Of a stretch of DNA of 64,000 nucleotides, positions 10,482 through 21,062 are shown one piece after another. Each line of letters starts with the position of its first letter. Within the stretch, counting starts at the first letter, position 1. Both the position numbers and the translations under genes were made by a program. Below the pieces are notes generated by a model. The model was not told where the DNA came from, ran no database searches, and was given only the letters and a program-made list of their open reading frames with translations. Source of the DNA: Tetramitus jugosus (taxonomy: Eukaryota > Protista > Heterolobosea); NCBI GenBank assembly GCA_937625935.1, contig OW569380.1, positions 186,001 through 250,000 on the forward strand, written 5' to 3'.

Positions 10482-10768
10482 TTTTCGTGCTTTGTGTGGA
10501 ATTGTCGGATGATCGGTGAATCTGTGTGAAAATTCTATTTTTGATTGTTCGAATTCAATTAGGTTATAAATTGTATGGGATTGTTGTTTACAACGGGAAG
10601 TCTGAAAAAGAATCCTTGCTTTCAGGGTGTCAATTATTAGAAAGGGCTTCTCTTCACAGAAAGTTGTTCTTCTTTTATCAGTTGGAGGATACAGACTGAA
10701 CAAGAAGAAAACAGATACAACCGATACTTTCGCACAAACAACAACAGTTAAGAACAAATCGTTTAACA

Positions 10769-11629
10769 ATGGTCGAAAGCAACAAGATTAGTAAAGTTAA
10801 GAAAGGAAAAGAAGTCAATAAGATGGAGAAAACAGAGACATCCGTTGTGGCATCTGATACCATTGACATGCTCTCTATTAACCAAGGAATGAAAGAGCAA
10901 ATGGAAAAGATGGAAGAGGAGAAAATTGAGGCATCAAAGCACCCAGATAACGAAGAACCTCTCAAAGTTCTCGTAGAAACCGAAAAGGAAAAGAAGGATG
11001 TTGAGAAACTGGCTGAATCAATTGGAGCTGAAGTGGTGGAACAAGAGCAACAACCTGATCAGAACAAGAAGAAAAAGAAGGACAGAAAGAGCCCTACTAA
11101 AGAACACAACAAGGAGGAATTCCAAGAGGTAGATGTCAAGGAAGCGTTCCAAGAAGCAAAGAAAGAGGTTTTTGAAGCCAAAGAACAATTACATTCACTG
11201 GAAGATAGCCTCAATCCAACACAGAGAAATGCATATGAGCTTCGATTGAAGCAGCATGATCCATCACAGCACCGAGCCTTCCCTACTCAGAGCGAGCATG
11301 CAATTGACATTGGTAGTCAACAACCATCTCAAGAAGAGCCAGTTCAGAAGGAGAGTAGTTGGATCAGTGAGGGAATCTCTGAAGTAACAGAGGAAGCCAA
11401 GGAGATGGTGAACGATGCAATTTCTTTTGTCAAGGGAATCTTCAATCCAAAGGAAGAAGAACCGAAGGAAGAAGACAATGAAGACAACAGCCTTGATAGA
11501 GATATGAATCAACTCTCCATTACGGAGAAGATTATGAATACAATAGACTCTGGTAAGGAACGTGTGTACAATGCCTTTGGATACGATAAATCCAACCAGG
11601 AAGAAAAGAAGGAAGAAGGAGATAATTGA
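10769..11629 (+). CDS. Hydrophilic E/K-rich protein of unknown function
   Basis: 286-aa ATG ORF with coding-like composition. Confidence 0.7.
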   Translation: MVESNKISKVKKGKEVNKMEKTETSVVASDTIDMLSINQGMKEQMEKMEEEKIEASKHPDNEEPLKVLVETEKEKKDVEKLAESIGAEVVEQEQQPDQNKKKKKDRKSPTKEHNKEEFQEVDVKEAFQEAKKEVFEAKEQLHSLEDSLNPTQRNAYELRLKQHDPSQHRAFPTQSEHAIDIGSQQPSQEEPVQKESSWISEGISEVTEEAKEMVNDAISFVKGIFNPKEEEPKEEDNEDNSLDRDMNQLSITEKIMNTIDSGKERVYNAFGYDKSNQEEKKEEGDN

Positions 11630-11716
11630 GCACATGAACTTCAAAATACATTGTAACAACAATAACAAACCAATCAATATAAGTCACAAAACAAACAAAC
11701 AAAACCCTTTTGTCCT

Positions 11717-12181
11717 TTACTTTGTCTTCTTCTTTTCAACAGCACCACTGTCTCTTGTCGTCACAATCAAAAACTCATAACCAGTCAACGAGATGCCCAC
11801 CGTGTACAGCACAAATGGCACTAGATACGGAGCTCCAAACAAGAAAACGAACAAAAATCGGAAGCTACCAAATGCCGCCAACGACATTGTCGCCCAAAAA
11901 GCAAAGTAGTAAAGGGAATGAGGCGCCAAAAGTGAAGAATAATCCACTTGTGATTTTGGCGCCATCATGGAACTGACAACAGCAAAAACCTGTATCAATA
12001 AATAAGCAAATACCATCAACATATCAATCAATGAGAAGAATGAGTGATTATTCTTCTGATATCGATTGATTGTGAGAAGGAATATGAGAGCTCCTACTCC
12101 AATGTTGACAAATCGTCCAGCCTTGTTTGCCAACTGTTGTGCTTGAGAGAACACTTGTTCAATGGGTTTGCTACTTTGCAT
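11717..12181 (-). CDS. Small multi-pass membrane protein (possibly COPI-associated/TVP15-like)
   Basis: 154 aa, about four hydrophobic segments, lysine-rich C-terminus (EKKKTK). Confidence 0.55.
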   Translation of the reverse strand: MQSSKPIEQVFSQAQQLANKAGRFVNIGVGALIFLLTINRYQKNNHSFFSLIDMLMVFAYLLIQVFAVVSSMMAPKSQVDYSSLLAPHSLYYFAFWATMSLAAFGSFRFLFVFLFGAPYLVPFVLYTVGISLTGYEFLIVTTRDSGAVEKKKTK

Positions 12182-12387
12182 GATGAGATCTTGTTTCTGG
12201 TCGTTTTTGTGTGCGTTGGGTTGAAATTTCTTCTCTCGTGAGAAAAATTTCCTTTTCTTTTAAAAAACTTCAAGCGTTGAAATGAGGTCGTAAGACGAGG
12301 GTTTGTTTCACTTCCTTTAACACCTCAGAGGGCGAGGTTGAGTCATGAACTTGAACTGTTGATACTCTCAAAAGAAAAAGAAAAAAT

Positions 12388-13308
12388 TTATGGATATGTA
12401 ATGTCCCAATGGTTTCCTTCGTGGGCATAGATGCTTCCAGAGGATGCCTTATACATCAGAGCTCCATCACCTCTTCTGCCAATGTAAGGAAAACTAGAAG
12501 TGATATACTTGTTGATGCAAGAGTTCAATGAGATATCTAGCTTGAAACCATTGCCGTGGCTTAACGGCATGATTGCATGACCAACCTCAGTTCCTCCAGT
12601 GATGTTAATTGGACATCCAGAGGCTCTCTTGAGAGTCACAATCATGTCAATGGTCCTAGTGTTGACTTGATCCAGAGAGGTGCATCTAACACTGTTTCTA
12701 TTGGGACATATCTGATTGTAAATAGTTATACCAGCAGAACGAACCTTGTTCAAAGCATCAGCATTGGACATCTTGCCGCCGCCTCCACCTCCACCTCCAC
12801 CAACAACAGTGACAAAGTTGCTTGCGACCCATCCACCATTGATCGAGTACCAAGTGTAACCACATCCAGCCGCAGTTTGACCAGTGAAGGTTGCAGTATG
12901 ACCTGGAGACAATACTCTGACGACAGAGTTGGTGGTACATGGACCAGAACGGATATTTAAATGAGTTGTAGCTTTCAATGTAGCACCATTGGAGATGGAT
13001 GCATCAGAGAGAGTCTCTTCAGTTGGAGTGGCAGTTTCAGTGGTCTTCTTGGTGCCCTTCTTGAAGGAATAAGCAATCTTTCTGGCGTTTTCAGCCTTTC
13101 GAATCGCCTTGTTCAACTTTTCAATCAGCTTCTTGACCTCTGGGTCAGTGATCTTTGACAAGTCAACAGATCGTCTGGCTTGGACAGCCTTCGTAACCCA
13201 ATGGTTAGGCTGCTTTCTGGCAAGCTTGTTGTGTGAGGCAGCCTGGGAGACAGTCAACAATGCCAACAACAGAACTGCAACGATTGCAATCATAGAGATT
13301 CTCATCAT
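12388..13308 (-). CDS. Secreted protein: signal peptide + bacterial SH3b domain + Gly linker + M15/Hedgehog-like Zn-peptidase-fold domain (putative peptidoglycan hydrolase)
   Basis: N-terminal signal peptide; LNIRSGP...WYSI.GGWVASNFV (SH3b); ITGGTE.GH..SHGNGFKLD (HxxxxxxD) and HEGNHWD. Confidence 0.75.
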   Translation of the reverse strand: MMRISMIAIVAVLLLALLTVSQAASHNKLARKQPNHWVTKAVQARRSVDLSKITDPEVKKLIEKLNKAIRKAENARKIAYSFKKGTKKTTETATPTEETLSDASISNGATLKATTHLNIRSGPCTTNSVVRVLSPGHTATFTGQTAAGCGYTWYSINGGWVASNFVTVVGGGGGGGGGKMSNADALNKVRSAGITIYNQICPNRNSVRCTSLDQVNTRTIDMIVTLKRASGCPINITGGTEVGHAIMPLSHGNGFKLDISLNSCINKYITSSFPYIGRRGDGALMYKASSGSIYAHEGNHWDITYP

Positions 13309-13718
13309 TGGTTAGGATAATGTAGTGTGATATGTTTTATGTCAAAGAATGGATGATGGTTGAAAGAATTGAGTCGCCGCTACGTTGCTGATTTTATGGA
13401 GGATGATGTGGTGGTTCACGCTTGAAAGTCCCGATAAGGTGATTGAGCCGCGAAGGGAGGGTTTGTTTGGAAGCTCAGTCGGACCATGGTTGTCACCTTT
13501 CTCGAAATTATTGACAGGATCACAGACATCGCACATGCACTCATGCTGGCATTGTTTGTTTGAATTTGGGTGACTGGAGTTTTTACATGTCTCCGATGAA
13601 AGGCATCAAGTAAAAGCTTGTTTTGATATTCTATTGTTTTATTCTAATAAATTACAGGAGAGATAACGGGAGTGGAGAATGTGGTGAAAAAGTGAGAGGT
13701 GGCTCTAGAGTCAGAAAT

Positions 13719-14315
13719 CTAGTTCTTTCTGGCAGCAGCAGTTCTCTTCGTTCTAACGGTACGTGCAGCAGTTCTTGCCTTCTTAACTCTGTCAGCACTC
13801 GTCTTTTTCTTGGCAACAGCAGAGCTCTTGAGTGGCTTTCTGGTTCTTGGACCATCAGTCGACTCTTCTTCTTCCTTCTTTGTTGATTTGGTTGCTCCTC
13901 TCTTCTTTGCGACTCTTGGTTCAGGTTGTTCCTTCTTTGCTCTTGGCACAGCGGCTGCCTTCTTCTTTGGTTCAGGCTTCGTCTCTTCGACTTCAGATTC
14001 GCTCTCCTCGTCACTGGCATCCTTCATTGCCTTGAGCACTTCTCTCTTGTATGATTGAGAGAACTTGTAGGATTGGCTGGTCACCTTCTCAAGCTTTGTC
14101 TCTTCGACCATCTTGGCCAATGCTTGCTTCAAGTGAACATTAAAGTTGTCTGGCAAGTCATAGTGCTCTTCTAGGTAGGACTTGATGGCAGCCAAGCTGA
14201 CACCACCTCTCTTGGATTGCTTGTGCACAGCCTTGGTGACCATCTCACGGTAAGTTGGATGGGAAGCGGAGGAGGCCTTTGATTTGGATTTGGATTGAGT
14301 TCTAACTTCAGTCAT
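13719..14315 (-). CDS. Linker histone H1
   Basis: HPTYREMVTKAV..RGGVSLAAIKSYL..LKQALAKMV..SYK winged-helix globular domain plus K/A/R-rich tail. Confidence 0.9.
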   Translation of the reverse strand: MTEVRTQSKSKSKASSASHPTYREMVTKAVHKQSKRGGVSLAAIKSYLEEHYDLPDNFNVHLKQALAKMVEETKLEKVTSQSYKFSQSYKREVLKAMKDASDEESESEVEETKPEPKKKAAAVPRAKKEQPEPRVAKKRGATKSTKKEEEESTDGPRTRKPLKSSAVAKKKTSADRVKKARTAARTVRTKRTAAARKN

Positions 14316-14556
14316 GTTTGGAGATATGATACTACTAATTACTACTACTTTACGATTCTTCGGTTTGTTTGTATGTGATAAAGAAAACAGTTGTCTGGTA
14401 ATCTGGTAATTCTATTTATTCCAAGTGAAAAAGAGAACTTGCACTGTGATAAAAAAGTAACGGATTTTACTTTCAACTCCGATCACAAAATCCGATAACG
14501 AGAAACACCGCCTCCTCCCCATGCTTTGCAGCAAAAACAACAGAACCAAAAATCAA

Positions 14557-16248
14557 ATGTTCAAAGTGCCCAATGCCCCTCCATCAAAACACCATCAGTC
14601 TTCTCTCAAGAGAGAAAGATCATCATCATCCTCACCCACCACATCCACCACCAAAAAAGCAAAACTATCATCATCACCCAATGAAGACCTAACTTTGCAA
14701 CTCAAAAAAACAATCAAGCAACTCACTCAACAATCGGAGATTAATCTCGAGCGGAGAAATAAATACCCCACCGATCCAAATCAATGGCTAGAGAGTGAAC
14801 TAAAGATTGACGAGTCATTGAAGCAAATGCAAGACTTATCACTCCACAACTCACTATATCCTCAAATGGTTCAATTAGAGTTGATACCCGTACTGAGTCA
14901 ATTGCTGTCACATGAGAATGTAGATGTCGTTTTGGATGTCATTGATTTGTTGATTGAATTTACAGAATTTGATGATGATGATGAGAATGATGAGAATAAG
15001 AGGATAGAAATGATGAATCCCATGTTGGATGCCATTTTTGAGTGTGAAGTTTTGCAAATTTTGGTGAGTTTATTGAACGAAGAGAATCGTCGATTGAACC
15101 GATTCAAGCAATCACTCATTTTGCAAATTATTGAAAATTTGCATCGCTGGGATGCGCAACGCACGATTCGCGCTACGATTTTACCCGAGTCCAAAACAAA
15201 ATTTTGCGAATGGATCATGAGTGAAATTAGTATGGACGATCAAAACAAGAGTGCAAAAAATTGGGATGAGTTGCATGCATATGTGTTTGAGATTTTGGCA
15301 GTGATGGCTGCGACAGAGTTGGACAATGATGAATCGCATCGAATTACGATTGGTCAACACACGGAAACCATGTTGAACACGATGAATTATTTTCGAAAGA
15401 ATAAGCCTAGGTCAATGGACGAAGAAGAAATGGTGCATAATTTGTTTGATTGTCTGTGTTCGTGTCTCATGACTCGTGAGACTCAGGATCTTTTGAGATT
15501 GTTGGAAGGATTGGAGTTGTTGATTCTCGTGACGCGTGAGAGCTCAAAAATGAGACATGCAGCCATTAAAGCCATCAGTTTTGCACTGTTGAACAATAGA
15601 GAAAATTGTGTAAAGTTTATGGATATTGGTGGGCATGCGACATTGTTTGCCGTGTTTATGAAGATTGGAGCGCAGGAGAAGAAACAAAAGGGAAAAGGCA
15701 AGAAGAAGGAAAGTACGAACAAGAAGAAGGAGATGGAGAGTCAAGAGCTGAATGATCAGTTGGAGGAGCACATCATATCGATCCTTGTGTCTCTATTCAT
15801 TCATACCACTGATCAAGATCAATACTTTAATACTTTGATTAAGAAGTTTTCAGAGAATCAATTTGAAAAGACAAGTGTGCTCATGAGTTTGTTCCGCAAG
15901 TATTACACTCGTGTGTACCTGTTTGATCATCGAGTGGAGAGTGGAGCTTGGGATCGCGATTATGGTTTTCTAGGGATGGACGAAGAGCAGAGAGAGGCGC
16001 TCATCTACTCGGAGCGGCTGAAAGAAGGTTTGTTTCTTGTGCAGCGAATGTGTATTATCATTGCATTTCTTCATGGCGATTCATCCATTCGAGAGCAGTT
16101 GTTGTCCAAGCTTTCTGAACTACAAGTGAATATTGCGACTGTTCACGCAATCTTGCAAGATGCCGGCTATGGAGATGAGGATGAGGAGGGAGATGACGAG
16201 GCTTCAAAACGATTGAATAATATCGTCAAACTACTTGTTTCTGCCTGA
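14557..16248 (+). CDS. CTNNBL1: Beta-catenin-like protein 1 (Prp19 complex)
   Basis: RNKYPTDP..ESE, LLSHENVD, DEEEMVHNLFDCLCSCL, EGLELL, LEEHIISIL, KFSENQFEK motifs. Confidence 0.92.
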   Translation: MFKVPNAPPSKHHQSSLKRERSSSSSPTTSTTKKAKLSSSPNEDLTLQLKKTIKQLTQQSEINLERRNKYPTDPNQWLESELKIDESLKQMQDLSLHNSLYPQMVQLELIPVLSQLLSHENVDVVLDVIDLLIEFTEFDDDDENDENKRIEMMNPMLDAIFECEVLQILVSLLNEENRRLNRFKQSLILQIIENLHRWDAQRTIRATILPESKTKFCEWIMSEISMDDQNKSAKNWDELHAYVFEILAVMAATELDNDESHRITIGQHTETMLNTMNYFRKNKPRSMDEEEMVHNLFDCLCSCLMTRETQDLLRLLEGLELLILVTRESSKMRHAAIKAISFALLNNRENCVKFMDIGGHATLFAVFMKIGAQEKKQKGKGKKKESTNKKKEMESQELNDQLEEHIISILVSLFIHTTDQDQYFNTLIKKFSENQFEKTSVLMSLFRKYYTRVYLFDHRVESGAWDRDYGFLGMDEEQREALIYSERLKEGLFLVQRMCIIIAFLHGDSSIREQLLSKLSELQVNIATVHAILQDAGYGDEDEEGDDEASKRLNNIVKLLVSA

Positions 16249-16390
16249 TTTTTCCACTTCCAGGATATCAATACAATTTTGAATTGTTGTAAGACCATTT
16301 ATTTGTTCATAGTTTTGGAATCATCAATCAGTCCATAAGAAAATTATGAGAGCCAGTAATTACATTAGAATTCATTGTAAAAGGAATTGT

Positions 16391-18835
16391 TTATTGGAAC
16401 AAGTCGCCATTAGGATTCATGACATCAGCGAGTTCGACTGGATCAGCGTTGTGCTTCAAGCAATAGTCATCATGCTTTCTGAGCAAATATTGGAAGTATG
16501 GAATCTTGATTGGTGCATCTACGGCAATTCTAGGATTGTATGGAGTAACCTTGTTGATTGCTTCAATACAAATGTCGAATCTGCTGGCCTTGTTAGCTGT
16601 CAACATTCTGAATGGAGTAGTGGTTGTACCTTCTTCAATGTAACCGAGCACTTCGAATCGTTGAATATGCTTTCTACCAAAGAGCAATTGCTTGACAGCG
16701 GATGGATAACCATGGAAGTTAAAAATACATGGCTTATCATTGGTAAGCAAAGCATTGAACAGCACTTCGGTCAAACCGTGAGGATGTCTTCCATTGACAT
16801 CCAAAATCATCAAATCGGTAATGTTGACAACACGAACAGTCATTGCTGGGCAGTGTTTCTTCAACAATTGAGCTGCTGCGATCACTTCGGTTGTGGTTTC
16901 ATTACCAATACCAACAAGAACTACATCTGGTTCAACACCATCTTGCTCAGTACCTGCCCACTTCCAAATGGAAGCACCAGCTCTGCAATGTTCAACTGCT
17001 TCATCCATTGACAACCAGTTGGATCCTTCATTCTTTGAAGAAATAATCAAGTTAATGTAATCCTTACTCCTCAAACAGTGGTCCAAGGTGGAAACCAAGC
17101 AGTTGGCATCTGGAGGCAAGTATACTCTGACAACATCACTCTTCATGTTGATCAACGTATTGATGAAACCAGGGTTCTGGTGACTGAAACCGTTGTGTTC
17201 TTGTCTCCACAATGTACTGGAGGCAATATAGTTGAAGGAGGCAACAGGATTTCTCCATGGAATCTCCTTTGAAATCTTCATGAACTTTGCATATTGGGTC
17301 ATCATTGTGGCAACAATGCCCAAGAAAGCTTCATAACTTGGGAACAAAGCAAATCTACCGGTCAAAATGTATCCTTGCATCATTGCTTGGCATGTGTGCT
17401 CAGACAAGATTTCAATGACACCGCCATCATCATTGGCAGTAGGTTCCCACCATTGATAGTTACGGTGAGTGGTCTTGAATACACCATGCAGCTTATTGCT
17501 CTCCAACTCATCTGGACTGAAAATCTTGAATCTAGTCAAGTTCTTCTCAAACACCTCAGCCATATAGTTACCGCCTTGTTGGGTAGCGCTGACTGCTAGC
17601 TTCCCTCTCGAGTTGTTATCAATTTTAACAGTGTAGTTGAAGATGTCAGGCAAATCCATTGGCTTGAACTTTGGTTGAACGTGTCTATTGGCACCCATTC
17701 TTCTGTGTCCAGTTGGGCAAGTGTCACGAATCACTTGCTTGATAGTACCATTCGCATCGAACAAATTATCAACGTTGTATGATCTCAACCATGATTCCAA
17801 GAGTGATAATTCCTCAGGATCTTCACGTACCTTTGGTGCAGGAACTTGATGACTGAGGCAGTTGCCCTCAATCTTCTTGCCATGTAATTGCTTAATGCCA
17901 GTCCATCCCTTTGGTGTCTTCATAATGATCATTGGCCATCTTGGCTTAAAGATTGGCTTTCCACTTCTGGCTGCTTGTTGAATCTTTCTAATCTCAGAGT
18001 AAGCCCACTCCATTGCGTCCATCATATCAATATCGACTCTTGCCAAATCATTACCAACAATTCTTGGTTGATAGCCATAACCAATGAACAAGTGAATCAA
18101 ATTCTTGTCACTCATGGTACCGTACAGAGTTGGAGAAGAAATCTTGTAGCCGTTCAAGTGAACAATAGGGATCACAGCACCACTTGCTCTTGGATCGATA
18201 AACTTGTGTGCATGCCATGCAGTAGCAGTTGGTCCAGTCTCACACTCACCATCACCAACGAGAACAGTTGTAATGAGATCAGGGTTGTTCAAAACGGAGC
18301 CATAAGCCACACCTAGAGCATAACCCAATTCACCACCTTCGTGCAAAGTTCCTGGAAGCATTGGATTCACGTGACTTGGGAATCCACCATGTCTAGAGAA
18401 ATCTCTAATCAACAAACTGACTCCCTTTTCATCAAACTCATACTGTGGATAATGCTCAGTCAATTCACCAGAAATGTACAAGTTGGCAACCACAGCTGGA
18501 GCACCGTGACCTGGACCCAAGATAAAGATCATATCCACATCTTCGTGCTTCCTGATCAAGTAGTTGCAATGGCCATAGACCAGATTAATACCAGGACAAG
18601 TACCCCAATGACCCAACAATCTAGTTTTGATGTGATCCACAGTCAATGGCTCTCTCAACAAGCAATTCTTGTTCAAGTAGATTTGAGCAGCAGACAAATA
18701 GTTGGCACAGTCTCTTTGGAGCTTCAAGGCATCCAAATCCTTCTTTTGTTCCTCTGTAAGGGAACGTTCCACCTGATCAATGTTGGTAAAGTGGGCATCA
18801 ATTGGAGAATCTACCTCTTGGTCTACGTTGCTCAT
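16391..18835 (-). CDS. xfp: Xylulose-5-P/fructose-6-P phosphoketolase
   Basis: RLLGHWGTCPG, GPGHGAP, HEGGELGY, GDGECETGP (TPP motif), FSPDELESN, ILSEHTCQ, QEHNGFSHQNPG, EEGTTTTPF. Confidence 0.97.
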   Translation of the reverse strand: MSNVDQEVDSPIDAHFTNIDQVERSLTEEQKKDLDALKLQRDCANYLSAAQIYLNKNCLLREPLTVDHIKTRLLGHWGTCPGINLVYGHCNYLIRKHEDVDMIFILGPGHGAPAVVANLYISGELTEHYPQYEFDEKGVSLLIRDFSRHGGFPSHVNPMLPGTLHEGGELGYALGVAYGSVLNNPDLITTVLVGDGECETGPTATAWHAHKFIDPRASGAVIPIVHLNGYKISSPTLYGTMSDKNLIHLFIGYGYQPRIVGNDLARVDIDMMDAMEWAYSEIRKIQQAARSGKPIFKPRWPMIIMKTPKGWTGIKQLHGKKIEGNCLSHQVPAPKVREDPEELSLLESWLRSYNVDNLFDANGTIKQVIRDTCPTGHRRMGANRHVQPKFKPMDLPDIFNYTVKIDNNSRGKLAVSATQQGGNYMAEVFEKNLTRFKIFSPDELESNKLHGVFKTTHRNYQWWEPTANDDGGVIEILSEHTCQAMMQGYILTGRFALFPSYEAFLGIVATMMTQYAKFMKISKEIPWRNPVASFNYIASSTLWRQEHNGFSHQNPGFINTLINMKSDVVRVYLPPDANCLVSTLDHCLRSKDYINLIISSKNEGSNWLSMDEAVEHCRAGASIWKWAGTEQDGVEPDVVLVGIGNETTTEVIAAAQLLKKHCPAMTVRVVNITDLMILDVNGRHPHGLTEVLFNALLTNDKPCIFNFHGYPSAVKQLLFGRKHIQRFEVLGYIEEGTTTTPFRMLTANKASRFDICIEAINKVTPYNPRIAVDAPIKIPYFQYLLRKHDDYCLKHNADPVELADVMNPNGDLFQ

Positions 18836-19325
18836 CTTGTATGTTGCTATAGTGTGTCTTTGGTTGGTTTGTTGTGATGGTTTGGTTGTTAGATGGGTGT
18901 GGTGCTTTGTTGGTTGTTAATTTTGGGTTTAGCACAGTGCTGAGGATCTCGTCATCTACGAATTATAAACCAATCTCAGGGACCAAATTTAACAAAACTT
19001 TTGGGTATTCATTGGATGTTTCGATCAGGTATTGTCGGGGAAAATTGGTCCCTACAAAGAAACGTCCGAGAATGGCCATAGTGTTGTCCTAGGTGGGCAA
19101 AAACACCTGGGCGTTTCAGTCACCGCGGAACTGTCCTACCTAACTGATAGTGAATATCTTCTCAAGGGCAACGTGCAAGACCAATGCGTAAAGAGCCCTT
19201 GAATTACGGTTCTGTAGTCCAGGCAGAGTTGGTTCCGACCATTCATTCTTCTGTGTGTATTTTTACTTGCACACGGATCTTTGAGCTTACCGGATATCAC
19301 AAAAAACACGAACTTCACAGCAGAC

Positions 19326-20663
19326 ATGAGTGCACCAAAACATCATATACTAATTCTCAATCTGGGCAGCTCTTCCCTCAAGTTTCACTTGTATCACGTA
19401 TCAGATGGCTCTGATCAGAGCAGTGTCAGATCAAGTCAAATTTCGCTCCTGTATCATGGACTCGTGGAACGCATTGGTGAGTTAAAGGGTAGTGCTATCA
19501 AACTTCGAAGCAATGTGGACAATCAGAAGAAGAAGGAACAATGGGACGAAAAAATGGACTCGCATGCAGATGCCATTGACAAGGTGTTTGAAATCTTGAA
19601 AGACAAGGACATTAAGGATATTAAGGACTCTTTGTTGTTCATTGGTCATCGTGTCGTTCATGGGGGTCAATCGTTCCACGACAAGAATTCTGCTCATTTG
19701 ATCAATGATGACACTGTGCAGGAGATTGAAAAGGTGTCAGAGCTCGCACCACTGCACAATCCAGTCAACCTCAAGGGTATTGTCGAATGCAGGAAAAAGT
19801 TTGAGGATACACCGCAGATTGCAGTGTTTGACACGAGCTTTCATCACACTTTACCTCCAGTGGCCTTCACATATGCATTACCAAAGGATATTGTCGATCG
19901 TCAAGTAAGAAAATATGGTTTCCATGGTATCTCGCACGAGTATGTATCTCATGAAGCGACCAAGTTCCTTCGAGAGAGAGCAAGTCGTAACAGTGGTAGC
20001 GCCAATGAAGATGATGAAGAACTAAAGTTGATCACACTGCATTTGGGCAATGGTTGCAGTGCTTGTGCAATCAAGGGAGGCAAAAGCATTGAAACATCGA
20101 TGGGAATGACACCACTACAGGGATTGGTGATGGGAACGAGGTGTGGAGATATCGACCCAGAATTCATCTTTTATACGTTGAGAAAGCATGATAATACAGT
20201 GAATCGCGACACTGTGTATGCGATTGAGAAGATGTTGAATGGAAAGAGTGGACTCAAAGGCGTGTGTGGAGTCAATGACATGAGAAGTGTAATTGAACAA
20301 ATGAATAGTGGCAGTGAAGATGCAAAGTTAGCATTTGAGCTCTTTTGCTATCGTATTAAGCAATACATTGGTTCCTACTTTGTAACATTGAGCGGATGTA
20401 ATGCCATAGTGTTCACTGCTGGTATCGGAGAGAACTCTGCTGATGTGAGAAGAGAGGTTTGCAAGCAATTGACATGCATTGGTGTTGAGTTGGATGATGA
20501 GTTGAACTCCAGTCAGGATCACGACTCAAGTGCAGTGCGTGATGTTGCAACAGCAAACAGTGCCGTACGGATCCTGGTTGTACCAACTGACGAAGAACGG
20601 CAGATTGCTCTCATGGGACTACAGTTGCTCGCAGAGAGGAAGGATGCCACAGTAAACTCATAA
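19326..20663 (+). CDS. ackA: Acetate kinase
   Basis: ILILNLGSSSLKF, GHRVVHGG, LAPLHN, FDTSFH, YGFHGISH, HLGNGCS, TSMGMTPLQGLVMGTRCGDID, FTAGIGENS, PTDEE. Confidence 0.97.
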   Translation: MSAPKHHILILNLGSSSLKFHLYHVSDGSDQSSVRSSQISLLYHGLVERIGELKGSAIKLRSNVDNQKKKEQWDEKMDSHADAIDKVFEILKDKDIKDIKDSLLFIGHRVVHGGQSFHDKNSAHLINDDTVQEIEKVSELAPLHNPVNLKGIVECRKKFEDTPQIAVFDTSFHHTLPPVAFTYALPKDIVDRQVRKYGFHGISHEYVSHEATKFLRERASRNSGSANEDDEELKLITLHLGNGCSACAIKGGKSIETSMGMTPLQGLVMGTRCGDIDPEFIFYTLRKHDNTVNRDTVYAIEKMLNGKSGLKGVCGVNDMRSVIEQMNSGSEDAKLAFELFCYRIKQYIGSYFVTLSGCNAIVFTAGIGENSADVRREVCKQLTCIGVELDDELNSSQDHDSSAVRDVATANSAVRILVVPTDEERQIALMGLQLLAERKDATVNS

Positions 20664-20723
20664 TTCCAACAAGTTCATTTGTAGAACACTCACGTTTGCG
20701 ATCATAACCCAATATGAGAGAAC

Positions 20724-21062
20724 TGTTACCTTCATTTCTCGAGCTGTAATAATCTTTGTTTACACGGAATATCATGTTTGCTTGTTACTTCAGATCTGTT
20801 TGCTCCAAAGATGCATCATGATACTTATCCACCAACTCTGGAACAACATGTTTGCTATTAATTGTACTGACTAAACTCATTTGAAAACATTTGCAATCAT
20901 AACTCACTCTGAGAGAAGAACTTCTGATACTTTGTTTATTTTCTTTCAGACATCTTGTCGGTCTCATATACTTTGGAAATGAACGAGCAAAACCTTGGTC
21001 TCATTGTGCTTTCATTCAGAATTTCATCGTGTCCATCCATTGTTACCTTCATTTCTCGAGCT
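20724..21062 (+). repeat. 22-bp direct repeat TGTTACCTTCATTTCTCGAGCT at 20724..20745 and 21041..21062
   Basis: Two exact copies 317 bp apart in a region of broken minus-strand ORFs. Confidence 0.85.

Noticed and set aside
16346-18877. Long antisense ORFs over xfp (and similar ones over 34484..36574 and 44282..46807)
   Set aside because: Shadow frames caused by biased codon usage of the sense genes; no motifs
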